From NCBI GenBank assembly GCA_017499595.2, contig CM038999.1, positions 3,534,001 through 3,598,000 of the forward strand: 64,000 nt of DNA, in the 5' to 3' direction. Below the pieces are notes generated by a model. The model did not search any database. It had not been told where the DNA came from and was given only the letters and a program-made list of their open reading frames with translations. Both the position numbers and the translations under genes were made by a program. Positions 26,354 to 38,276 of this stretch are shown here, in pieces; position 1 is the first letter of the stretch, and every line of letters starts with the position of its first letter. The DNA is from Psilocybe cubensis. Lineage: Eukaryota.

Positions 26354-28721
26354 CTACAGTACTGGCGTCCGAATCACTATAGCCCACAGGGGAGATGTAT
26401 GCAATTTTTCTGTATCAGAAATAACACACATCGCATCAGAAACCACGGCGCTTGACCAAATACAGAAACCAAAAATAACAACTGACTTTTGTCCCTTCTT
26501 CTCTAATTCATTCGAAAGGTCTGTGTATCGTTCCTTGATAGGCGCCAGCTGTGCGAGTGCAGCAAACACTACGCTTGGAGTCCAAGACTGCCCACTCACA
26601 TAGCCCACGAAACAATTGGCAGCGTTGAGTAACAAGTCCGGGCGTCGTGTATTCTGGTCTTCAAGGAACGCGCTAAGACCTGTCGCAATCATCTCCGCGA
26701 CAGCTACGAAAACGTCCGACACGTCTTCGGGGTCAACGTCCGCTTCATGTGAGTACTTAAGACGCCCCAGAACGCCCCAGATAAGGTCCCGGGAGATGCT
26801 ATGAGCGTGGAAGCTTCTTTCAAGAATAAAATCGGAAGCGCTCTTGGTGTCGAACCCTTTGAAAAACGAATACAGTGTCGTTGCCCACTGTTCACTGAAT
26901 TCTGTTATTTAAAGATAAGTCAATTCATGCCAAACGTGACGGAAACGAATTCAAGATGGTAACTATACCTATCAATACATCTTTGTCCCATTCAGGTTCC
27001 ATTCCGGGATGCTCAAACTTGAGGACGAAGGGGAAATTTTGACCAGTTGGTTCATCTTTGAGTCGACGTGGAGACTGTGTAATGAACCCTAAGACGCGGA
27101 GCTGAAGTTCATGGAAATGCTCAAGCTTCGGTATGATCTCTTCCAAGTTACGGTTTGCCATCATAACATTGAGCAATGCCAAATTATTTTCGTCGTACAG
27201 AAGATCCACATCTTCGCCGTGAACGACATCCGAGACGTACCCAAATACACCGCGTTTGAGGAACCGTTTTACGAGAGCCTGAAGATGAAGCTGGTACGGA
27301 TATTGCCAGTGGTGAATGTCATGAGTGTTTTGGGCGACTTCCTGGAAACAATGATACACCCTGGCGACGAACTCTTCTGAATCCTCAACGCCATGCTCTT
27401 GGATGGATGTACATAGACCTTGAATAAGGTCGTAAAGAGGTACGTGCAAAGGGAAAGTAGGGGCTGCATGTATACCCTGGCCAGTCGTCAGATAGTTATC
27501 ACGTACATCTAACCATGCCAGGTCAAATTCAATCCACGACTTCTTTGTCCAGGCAACACGAATATCTTCTATATTGATTATCCAAGCTGGGGGATCGTCG
27601 TCCTCATAGCCTCGAAGTAGTCCCCTTGCCCATGCAATGGGACGATAGATGATGACTGTCATAAATTTGGACCATAACCAAAGGACCACCGTTGATGTTG
27701 CACGGAAAGCTTGCGATTGTGGGGACTTGTAGGGACACTGTGCTGGAGAACCTTCCTTGTGGAGTTTCAAAGGAAGGTAAAGAGGTAAAGCTTGCAGCGT
27801 CGGGAGAAGTGTCGTCGCTAACAAAAATAACAATGTGAGAGCAATGACAACAATGACGGGTGCCGCGACGTTAGAACCAAGTGATAGCAAGAACTCTATG
27901 ATTCCTGTGAAAAAAAGAACGAGAGCGCATTGGAGGAGCAAAGGGAGGGCAGTGAAGATCTGCGGTACGTGCCATTTCTCGAGGGCTTCTGCCCTCATAT
28001 GAAAGATGGCGTACGACTGTTTTGGGGTGGTACCTTGGTAGTGTTGATGCTCCCTGAGCCACTGAAGGCATATGATTCCAAGAAGAACGGTAGTGAGGCT
28101 GAGGACCAAGCTGAGAAACCAAAATATGTTTAGCCGGACGGCAGATTGTGAAGGAGAAAAATTTGCAACAGTAGGAATCGCTACCCCAGTAACATTTCCA
28201 GGATCATCGAGACGCGCGGCAATGCGCGATAAGAGGTTCACAACGTCGCTGTCCGGGTCGGGTTGAAGCCTCTTGTAAGATTCAACGACAAAGGCGGTGA
28301 CGACAGCGGAGAAAAGACCCGCCTATTATGAATTATGATTAAGCAACTCGTTGCATCGCAGACAGGTGGCAGGATAAAACGCACGAAGATCAGCAGGTTT
28401 TGTACTTCCTCTTTCCATGAATCACATTGGATTTTGTCCTTTTTCAAAAGTGGCGCCAGAAGCTTTTCCCAGTGGTCGCCACTTGGCTCTGGCATAGGGA
28501 ATTTGTATTCAGAATTTTGTGGGTTACCACACTTCCAAACTTTGGGCTCCTTGCGCTGAGCGGAAGCTATTATTTACTATTTTTGACAAAGAAAGGTATT
28601 AAACACATACAGCGTCTTTGCTGAATCTTGAGAAGCCTGTTGTGGGTGCCTCATCCCTCTTATCCTCCCTTGAGGACTCATAGATTTCAGACTCTGAGTT
28701 GCGTCTAGTGATTCTGAACAT
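26354..28721 (-). CDS. DUF6535-domain membrane protein
   Basis: Spliced KDKIQCDSWKEEVQNLLIF|AGLFSAVVTAFVVESYKRLQPDP, VRLNIFWFLSLVLSL..CLQWLRE, LPLLLQCALVLFFTG and CPYKSPQS. ATG at 28721 gives a phase-compatible first exon. Confidence 0.88.
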
Positions 28722-29249
28722 ATTGAAGGAGTCGGAGAGGATGTCGTGAAGCGCAGAAAGAAGTGATGATTGTCAACTATGGATATCCCATATATCACTT
28801 CCGCAAACCACCACATAACGAAATGTCAATCAACCTGAAGGCAGTGATATTTGACACAAATCTGTACACATACTCTCCTCGGTTCCTAAATACCTAGCCC
28901 CAATTAGACAGTGCCTCTCCACAACTGCTGTGTATTTTTTGTAGACGAAACATTTGTGCTTCTGTATTTTCAAGTCCGCGAGGCTACCGCAAGGTTAGAT
29001 ATAAAGAGTTGAGGGACTGCAAAATTGATGATTGGGTGATGGTTTCAATTAGAAAGGGATCGGCCAACTGAGCAATCATCTCGGCATTCAAAAAGGGGTC
29101 ACACGGATCCATTAATTGGCCAGGAACCGTTTCCAAAGGTTTACAAACCAAGCAAGGAAAAATATTGCCTACGAATATCCAATGGAAAAGGGAGAAACTA
29201 TGTTAAGTTAAGATTAATGTTAAGTTGTTAACTGCTGGGTTGAACCGTA

Positions 29250-30686
29250 TTATGGGCCCCATTCAATATAAATTCCTGGACAGGCGTCTTTAAGTCTATC
29301 CAAAGTGGAATCCGAGTCAGAGTCGGCGCCATCCAGAGTCGATTGGCTGTGTGACCGAAGTGCAGAATAACTCGCCTCCTTCTTAAGAGTTAAAACTCGC
29401 AGAGCGGGGAACAATCTTATCCAAGAAGGAAGACGGGAAAGGATAAGGTCATCGGTGAATCCCCAATCCCCATTGTCCATCACTAGGGTCTCCACGCACT
29501 GTAAACGACATTCTGGTCTTCCTGATGAGTTCAATCCTGTGCGCATGATAGTGTTTAGCCAGACCCCAAAACCAAGCCCAGTGCGGGTGACTTCGAGAGT
29601 CAGGGTAATCTTATTCACACAGCCAGCCAGGCATTTTAGTGCACCCTCTAGCGCACTGAAGCTAGTCACTTTCTCTTCGATTTTGATAGAAAGATTTGTG
29701 AGAGCTACCATTTTTTCCATGGAGGGAAAGAAGTTGAGAATATGTTCTGGGGTGGTGACAAGAGAGCGAAGATGCTCGAAGACAGCAGAGCTTAGTCGAG
29801 CGGGGTGTTTCGGGACAGGGTCATATCGAATACGATGGTATTCAAGCTCTTGAATATTTGGATGCTTCGTTAGGAATTTGACCAAGGGCTGGCGGGGGAT
29901 GACTCCGTATATAATGGCCAGGCGGGTGAGACGAGGGAAGTGGATGTTTGCAATCATTGTTGCCCAGTCGGAACCTCCACCGAAAATATTTTTGAATGAA
30001 AGGTCGGTCAATGTGGAGGCGTTGCATTTCAGTGTATGGTAATAGAATGGCCTGAGAAAGGTGGGAAAGGTTTGAATGAAACAAGTTTTCAAGTGACCGG
30101 ATTCCTTCAAAAAAGGTGCTACTTCCTCCGGCCAGTAGTTGTTTAGCCATTCCGAGGGCTTGGGTGAACGCAGTGTTTTTGGCTCTTCATAAAAAGACGA
30201 AAGTTGCGATGTCGTGATGTGAATGTTCTTACACGACTTCTGAAGGACCGTACGAAGGAGAACGATGCTCTCGGATCTCCATTGATTGGGATCCCCGGTA
30301 AAATATGTTGCCAAACGGAGGGTAACTCTGTCCACTGTCGAGAGCTTGCTCACAAATTGTCTAAGCAATCTGACCTCTCTGATGAGGTGGTTGGTGTGGT
30401 TAATGAACCCAAAGTCGTAGGAAAGATGTTCCAGTGACGCGCCATTGGTTCTTAGAGAGGCTACCAGGCCCGTCAAATGCTTCATGGAGCCATCGGATGT
30501 GCCCAACAGAAGACTTCTGGGAGCGGGATCAAAATCGTTGCGCGCGAAGAAAGCTGCCAGCGAAAATTGATTGAGGAGCCGTGATGCTCTGGCAAGAAGT
30601 AAAAGATCTTCGTCGTCTTCTACTCGGTCTATGATTGCCAGCACAAGTTCAAGGGGAAGACCATCGTGGCTCAACGGAGAGGTCAT
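29250..30686 (-). CDS. F-box-like / LRR-like protein, intronless (~478 aa)
   Basis: N-terminal LPLELVLAIIDRV..DLLLLARASRLLN, followed by LxxLxL repeats (LTDLSF, FPRLTRLAI, LTNLSI, LRVLTL). Confidence 0.8.
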   Translation of the reverse strand: MTSPLSHDGLPLELVLAIIDRVEDDEDLLLLARASRLLNQFSLAAFFARNDFDPAPRSLLLGTSDGSMKHLTGLVASLRTNGASLEHLSYDFGFINHTNHLIREVRLLRQFVSKLSTVDRVTLRLATYFTGDPNQWRSESIVLLRTVLQKSCKNIHITTSQLSSFYEEPKTLRSPKPSEWLNNYWPEEVAPFLKESGHLKTCFIQTFPTFLRPFYYHTLKCNASTLTDLSFKNIFGGGSDWATMIANIHFPRLTRLAIIYGVIPRQPLVKFLTKHPNIQELEYHRIRYDPVPKHPARLSSAVFEHLRSLVTTPEHILNFFPSMEKMVALTNLSIKIEEKVTSFSALEGALKCLAGCVNKITLTLEVTRTGLGFGVWLNTIMRTGLNSSGRPECRLQCVETLVMDNGDWGFTDDLILSRLPSWIRLFPALRVLTLKKEASYSALRSHSQSTLDGADSDSDSTLDRLKDACPGIYIEWGP

Positions 30687-30971
30687 GATGTGGTTATAGT
30701 TGTAGGTAACCGTGAGAGCAACTGACGACGAGACAGCGACGAGACGGTGACAAAGGTACCGACGTCGGACTTCCAAATTGAGTCTCCCGGAAGTCTAGTG
30801 ACTTCAACGTTTCCAGAAACACCTTTGCAAATGCCCATACGCTTGACAATCAAAATTATAATGATTCATTAAGTTGGAGCCAATCCCAAGCCTACTCGTT
30901 GGTTATTATCGCTCCCTAAAACCAGGACTTGAAGTACTAAGTAGTCACTTGAATCAATTTCCCAACAACTT

Positions 30972-31736
30972 TTAACTTGGCTTTGCAGAACTTCCATTCA
31001 AGATCGCAAGCAACATGGTTCGGATTTGTTCCTCGGTCTCTGGAGCGGTTTTTTCTTTTACAGTTCTTCGGTTGACAAACGAGTTCAGACCCTGGTACTC
31101 AATGACCTCTCGAGCTTTAGCACCTTCTCTGATGGCCGCAATTTTCATGACGATCGATAATCCAACTTTTGCAACATCAGTCTCGGTCATGGGGTCGAGA
31201 CGATTGACAAGTGCAACAAGGCCGTCGGATATCCATCCCATGACGCTAAATTTTGATCCCCACACGACAAGGTTATGCGAATCATTGGCCAATAAGGGTG
31301 TCATGTTCCTTATGACCATTTTTCTTATACCCTCCATGTCCCATTTAGAAGATAGTTCAAGGACAGAGCCCCACTGGTCCAGAGTCAAGGCATCGTATTC
31401 CAGCGGTCTTCTGTGTAACAGAAGAGCGTATCGATTAACTTTGAAACCAAATGACTCCATGAAAGCTCACCTAGCATATACAACGCGGAGGAACTGTTTG
31501 AAATCATCGCTCTTGACACCCTGTAAAACAATTGGCCTTTCATCTGTCATTCCATCAACTAAGGTATCAGAGTTGGATGCCTGAGGAAGTTGAAACATAG
31601 TTCGAAAAACATCCGACTCCTCGACCAGATGGAGAATAGGCACTTTGAAAAGTCGGTTTTCGACCAAGAATATTGAGTGTTGTAAATAAAAATCTTCGTC
31701 CCGGATGATATTTGGTCTCGTTTCAGGAGGATTCAT
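30972..31736 (-). CDS. BTB/POZ-domain protein (agaricomycete type), 2 exons
   Basis: RDEDFY..IFLVENRLFKVP...SDVFRTMFQLPQ...GMTDERPIVLQGVKSDDFKQFLRVVY, then QWGSVLELSSKWDM. Confidence 0.9.
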
Positions 31737-33076
31737 GTCGATAAATGCTCTATAGTTTAATGGATGGCGACGAAGAGATTGTGAATAGAGGCAGCTACGG
31801 TTCTTTTGACTCAGAGAGGAGAAAGTCAGACTCAGTCAACCCAGCCCCTATTTATGAAATTGAAGATTAGATTAGATCGTCTCTGATGGTCTCCGATCAT
31901 TCCATATTTCGATAAACGCCGGACACGCGAGGAGGCTCAGGAGGTCACCGGCGCAATAAATGTTGTGCTCAGTTGCTCTGGTACGCAGAAATAATGTCGA
32001 CGATACATGGCAAGGATCAGAGGGCAGTAATTAGAAAGATGTTTATATCTTGAGGACTAGTGAACCTTACTATGTCAATTTACGATGTCGATTTACGATG
32101 TCGATATATTTTTGGCCTTCCTAATGCCTTGAACAGAAGCCTCTCAGTCATTACCAGTCGAACACCTGGGAGATAAAAGAAGACCTGTATTGGTTGATGG
32201 TTAATACCAATCCCTTTATTCCAAGAGATCGTTGACAACTTGGCCAGGGTACATCAAGTCTGCAACTTGTTGTATGAGGTCGTAAAGGGCAGCAGTAAAT
32301 TTTTAGTTGACCGTGATCGGCATGACAATTCTGGAAGCATGTTAGCGTAGACTGAACGAACTTGGTGCTTACTAGTGCAATAGCAGAACAACGGTGATGT
32401 CACAAGTCCATCCTAAATTCCTTGAATTGCAGGTAAAAAAACATGGAAAAGACCAGGTGTACAGAATCTTCGGGGTATCTGTTCGTCGCCAGAACGTCAT
32501 GAGTAATGCAGCGAATGTTTCTTTCCTGATGTTTCTGTCAGCCTGAATAAATATGAGATTTTGCAAGCAGCCTTCGCCTCCATTTCAGCAGGGGTTCACG
32601 CTGCACCCCAGGACCTCCACGACGTTGTATACGATTTACGAATCTGTCCCGCTGTCTGCCCCTTGACTAAGTTTAATTGCCCCAGAGGAGAGTCTCCCTC
32701 GGGATGTATAGGATGATGGGGCTGCTGCCAGCCCGACCATCCTTTGGAATGCACGCGAGCGTGCTTCTCATCTAGGCCAGATTGCGGAAAAGGTCAGGTT
32801 GCGAAATATTCTGGCAAATGTTGGTTCTGTTGCCTCAAGCCGTGATCGTCTTGTCAGAGCACTGTATAATACCAGAGAAAATCTCTTTAAAATCATAAAA
32901 ATTAACAATGAGGATTCAGAATTTTGTTTGACCAAAGAAAATGGATAATACTGAGAAGCGTGTCCGTTTTCTTGGTTGGCGTGAGATAGTCGAGCAACAA
33001 AGAAGGGTCACGTCGTTAAGCTCTGAAGCTTCATGCATCATGGGTCGAGTTTGTCCTCGAAGAGGAAACATTATCG

Positions 33077-33526
33077 TTATGAATCCTTTTCAAACTCTTT
33101 TCGGACTGTATAAAAGTTAGAGAAGCGAAAAAAGCAGATAAAGGCGCTTAAATACTCACTAGATTCCATATCCTGCTTCTCCCACTTGCTAGTCTCTTCC
33201 GACAATGCAGGCCCCTTACCGCGGAAAATGGCACTCCACGAAACATCTGTGGTGGCTAGGTTCTCCGATACATTGAGATTTAAATTTGATTTCTCAGCAG
33301 GGATCTTGGAAGATTCTGCTAACCGCCTTAATCTTGCTAGTTCGTCGGTCGAAAGCGGCATCGTTGTGTCCTTGAGCTGCTTGCGGATCGAATCGAGTAT
33401 GGAGAGTTGTGCCTCAATGCGATACCTTTCATCCTCTGCTGAGCGGCGGAGACTGACTAGGTTCATAGATATAGAGGTTACAGCAAGGCCATAGAGGATA
33501 TGCAGCGCGTACGGGCTGGAGAACAT
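33077..33526 (-). CDS. Small hypothetical protein with an N-terminal hydrophobic segment and coiled coil
   Basis: ATG 33526, HILYGLAVTSISMNLV then a charged helix. There is an intron GTGAGT...TACAG near the 3' end. Confidence 0.65.
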   Translation of the reverse strand: MFSSPYALHILYGLAVTSISMNLVSLRRSAEDERYRIEAQLSILDSIRKQLKDTTMPLSTDELARLRRLAESSKIPAEKSNLNLNVSENLATTDVSWSAIFRGKGPALSEETSKWEKQDMESSEYLSAFICFFRFSNFYTVRKEFEKDS

Positions 33527-34301
33527 GGTGGACTGTGTCCTGAAGGATTATGTAAACTTTGGTAGTGCTGAGTGCTCATGCTCGTTGCGCTTGGCAAATT
33601 TGAACCAGCCGATCGGGCCGGTCGGGAACCCATAGAAGCTTACCCACTCACTTGAGAAGAGACGACAAACTTCACAGCGAGGAACATTTTTATCGAGTAC
33701 CCAACAACGAATTTTAACTTGCTGTTCCGACTGACAATCAAGCATGAGATTAGTAATGGTGACTTCAGATTCAGAAGTGAACTCATCTTTGGCCGTCTCG
33801 GCAATACTGGCAGTCACTCGGTAAGTTCCGGCGGGGGCCACTGGGGCCATTTGAGAATCTGAGTGTGGATGACACACGTCGCGTTTGATTGCCACAAGTA
33901 AATGACGAGGGAAATGGACTTGAAGATTCTAGGTAATCATAGTTTGACATTGCAGCTCGAGAAAAGCCTTCAATATATTTGTCTAAACTGGAAGAGAGAA
34001 CATGATCCAAAAAACATCTAGAGCAATAGTTTGACAACCGAACAGAGCCCGAAAACCTTATAGAGACAAAATAAAATGGGTTTGATTGAGACAAATGGCC
34101 AGTATCGACTAAGCCTTCTTCCCAATCTTCAAGCCTCCAAGAATCTTTCTCGTCAGTGACATCGTTCTTTTGGGCGCCTGTCAAGAAAATAATCAACCAA
34201 ACGTCAAATTTATAGAGAGTAATCTTTTACCGACCGGTGCAAACCTACATCCTTCAGGTCCTGGAGAACAAATGATGTGGTCCAGAACCATACCCTGCCT
34301 A

Positions 34302-35280
34302 TTAGTTGACAGGTTTATTGGGCGGCTGTCCTGAGATATTGTCATCCTTCGGGGAAAGCTGCGGCTTGATTGGAGATCCCGGAGCGGCGCCCATATTCTT
34401 GACTAAATGACAGTGTTGATAGAGGAGAAAATGAAAAAATAAAATAAGCCACACGCGATTCAATTATGGTACAAGAGAAATTACCAACGAACCAGCACCT
34501 GGTAGGCTCTGTGGATCAACACCAAGAGATGAACAAATAGTTCTCGTAATATAAACGTCGTCCAAACTCGCCGGAAGGGGGCTTTTATCCGATCCATCCC
34601 CAGATTGCGAGCGAAGGATCTCCCTTATACGAAAAATCAAGAGCGTAGTCGGTAAGCCGAGCTCTTTGGCTTCTTCTTCGGTTAGACACTCCTCCCGTCG
34701 GCACAGTACATCATATAAAGGAACCAAATACTGGCGCTCCACATGATAGAGCTCATAGATCTGGATACGCTGGACAGTGGTAAGGTTACTCATCTCCAAG
34801 CCACGAATAGCCAGGAGCTTGACTTCGTTGAATCGATAATCACAGGCTAGCTTCAGGATGGTGATCCATTCGGACGCGGTAGCCTCGTATAAGGAATATT
34901 TCCTTATAAAATGGTTGTAAGTGCCAGGCGCAACAGACGAGCGGAAGCAAAGGCTTACGGGTTATAGAAAACCCATAAAAGTTTTTCAAATTCGTTCGGG
35001 CCTGCGCGCTTGATTATAATGGCGTTGGCATCGCTGGAGCCCAGGCGGGGGGCACTCAGCGGGGCGTGCGAATTGAGCTTCTTTCTGAAATATTCAGAAT
35101 CGCGTTCGAAGAAATACGAATGAACCCGATATTGCGTATTTCCAGCCTAACTCAGAATTAGTTGCTACAATCTCGAGTGAAAATAAAGTAAGTTTAGCGA
35201 CGTACAACAAGATACAAATCTCCCCCGTTTATATAGTATTCTGGGTGGGGAGCGAGAGGCGTCGATGTAGGGTTGGACAT
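34302..35280 (-). CDS. BTB/POZ-domain protein (multi-exon)
   Basis: HPEYYINGGDLYLV|AGNTQYRVHSYFFERDSEYF...FEKLLWVFYNP..YSLYEATASEWITILKLA. The last exon ends NKPVN-stop at 34302. Confidence 0.88.
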
Positions 35281-36008
35281 GACTAGTGAAGCAGGTAACT
35301 TGGATGATGGAATCGGATTGGCAAAAAGATGTGAACGAATCATATCCTGATTCATGAGCGTATTTAAACGATCAAAGAATTTCCACGGGTACTTGTACGC
35401 TATTCTGAGACAGAATTCTTTGAGCGCTTAAGAACAAAGGAACCACGAAAAGGAAATCGATAATCTATAGTCAGCAACGAGGGCAATATACTTATCAAAT
35501 AGGATGAAGTCGCCAGTAGCAGAGCGGCATAGCAAAATGCCTCCGTTGGTTTGACTAGTAATTTGAAGACCACACATTCTAGTGCTATGATGGAACGACT
35601 GCTGCATAGCCAGTGGGATGACATAGTTTTCATGTCACTGGTAGATCCTGAAAACCATACAAAATGGATACCGGATAGCCGACAATAAGGCGTAGTAGAA
35701 AAACGTGCCTTCGGATGTTACTTACAGCCAACGACTCTAGAGTAGCGCCACACCTTAACGCCGAATGCCTCCACAGACTCCTATTCGAACCAACGAGAAC
35801 AATGTGCCTCAAGGCCTATGCCACCTTGATTCCAAAAATGATTCTCCAAGAATACAAATATCGTGTCTAACTTTATAACCACGAGTTATGCATCGTTGGC
35901 GCTTATACCGCACGTCCATGACGGCATGTTAGGCCACGTCTCGGTAATGGGGTCAATTTGCGTATATGTATATGAGTCACAGATGTAGTTGTAAGAGACC
36001 ACAGCTAT

Positions 36009-37829
36009 TTATGAGAAAAACATGTTAACTTTCTCAGCAAGATCCTTGCTCAAACCCTCTTTAGGAACAACTGCCTGCATCCCATACAGGCGCCTCGCTT
36101 CGTCATTGGAGGGAATATCTGCAGCGGAAGCTCTTCCAACAAATTGGGACTCCCCTTGTCCCCCCGGAAAGTCCCTGACCACAATGAAGACAATTAATGT
36201 GAGAAGTACTGTGTTCCATGATGTTCTTGTACTCACGGAGGAGGTAGGCCAGCTAGGAAATTCAACCTTTGATCGCGAAGATAACTCGCGCTGATTGAAA
36301 ATGCACCATCAGTAAGAAATGTGAAGCCCAAATCATATCCGCTTACTTATGTACAGTTAGAGGGACAGCGGGGATGTAAAATACAGACGAGTCTCCTAGC
36401 CCTCCGTGCTGGCCCTCAACAGCATGGACCACGTCGCAGTGCCCTGTGCAATCCAAGCTCACAAATCGTATCATTGGTATTTTATGAAGAAATATGTGTT
36501 AAATGGCTCACAGTATACCTGATCCCCAGGCTCGACTCTTGGAATTGAAACCATCGTCTTCCCGAGCTGCAAGTGCGGATGTGTTTTCTCGTTCAACTCC
36601 TGTGTCTTTCCAATACTACTCCCCGGGAATGTCGGGTTCTCCAAATCAGGGACCCAATCATCAAAATGTAGAGAGGGCGAGCTTGGGTTCAAAGGCCGGA
36701 AAAAAGGGCGTAAAATAGTATATGCCGATGCCAGTGAGAGCATTGGGAGAACACGCAGCGTCCCTTCGCCGGGCCCCGTGCTAGAGAGCGAAGTCCACCC
36801 TTGCCATGCACGGAAGATTGAACACGCGTTTCTGTGAGACACTTTAGCAACCTAACGGGAAAGTGGAGAAGAAGCATGACACACGGAGCATGATACATGT
36901 CCTGTTTAGCTCCTATCCTCGGTGTTACATCAAATGGGTCGTGTGCTTTCCACGCTTCCCCGCCCTCAAGTATCTTCCCAAAGACTTTCCTCAGACCTAA
37001 ATCCTCCCAGCGCTCTACAGATCCACCATCAATATGCGGACCCAGTGTGAATTTAGCGTCACCAGGTTGCCGAATGCGTAAGCGGTCAAAATATGATATG
37101 GGTGTGTTTAAGCTAACTTCGGTTTGTGGATCGGATGTATGCCAAAGCGACAGAAGGAATTTCTGTGTCTTAATGAGTGCAGGATGAGTACGTGCCTGTG
37201 TTTGAGCCACGGAGTTATATATCTCAAAGACTTGAATGTTGTCGGAAGGGAAACCTGATAATAAAGATAAATCGCGAGTGAAAATAAATCGCAGGATTGT
37301 TATTCGACGTAGTTACCAGTTACTCGATCGCCATTCGTTGCAGCATAGTCTTTGATATTTTGCTTCCAACGAAGAGCCTGATCGGATGGGACTCCCCCTT
37401 TCACAATTACAACACCGACTTTTTTAATGTTGTCAATTTGCTCTTTGGACAGACCACGTTCCAGATCAGCGTAATTTATCTTGGGAATAATCTTGAATGC
37501 GGTTAGAGTCATCACTTCTGCAAGTAAAATAATCGCACCTCGGAGCCCTTCTCTTCAATCTCCTTAATGTGTTGGGGAAGAGATCCGAGCACCCCTTTCC
37601 AGCTTTCAATCAAACTATCTTTCCATAACTCTTTTTTCAACTGAGAGAATCGTTGGGGAAGCGCGTTGTGCTCCTCTCCTGTGAGCGAGGTGAAGATATC
37701 TGCTATAGAACCCTCCGCTTTGGGAGCTCTAGTGCTGGCAGCAGCGGTCATCATGAATTTTTTCTCGGCCTTTGTGAAGCCAGTTAGTACCGAAGTACGT
37801 GTCGCGAATAACATGCCTGGACGATGCAT
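36009..37829 (-). CDS. DUF1479 (Gig2/YbiU-like) putative oxygenase-fold protein, with a possible mitochondrial presequence
   Basis: YFDRLRIRQPGDAKFTLGPHIDGGSVERWED, FRAWQGWTSLSSTGPGEGTLRVLP, VEPGDQVY|WHCDVVHAVE and PPPDFPGGQGES. Confidence 0.92.
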
Positions 37830-38276
37830 TGCGGTTGCGGTTACTCGCGCAGAAAAACTGCTTAACAGCAATGAAGTAATGTGGGGGTGACTATTGGATC
37901 TCACTGATCATAATATATTCACTCGGGACCTGCTGGAACCCGGTACCGATGATCTATTTGTCCAAATATCATGATCACCAGACTTACTTGATTGAGGACG
38001 AAGACAATCGTAGAATCTGTAATATTATTAAATAAATCTTATCGTCATCTGAAAACATGGATATGCGCCACACCGGGAACCGAGATCAGTCGGTCATGAA
38101 GGATTGACATAATGTTCCGAGAAATTTCCGATGTCCTTGGCTCGGGCGCTAAAGCCTTGCTATATACGGATACAATCTTGACGACAAAGTAGGGAATAGG
38201 ATAAGCCTTAAATCGCAGAAAGGAGCATTGTTTGGGTTGTCCTTATGTAATTGGTACGTTGCAAATATCTCTGAGG

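Noticed and set aside
32685..32703. RNase MRP/P CR-I-like GAGAGTCTCC
   Set aside because: No matching CR-V/P4 partner was found downstream.
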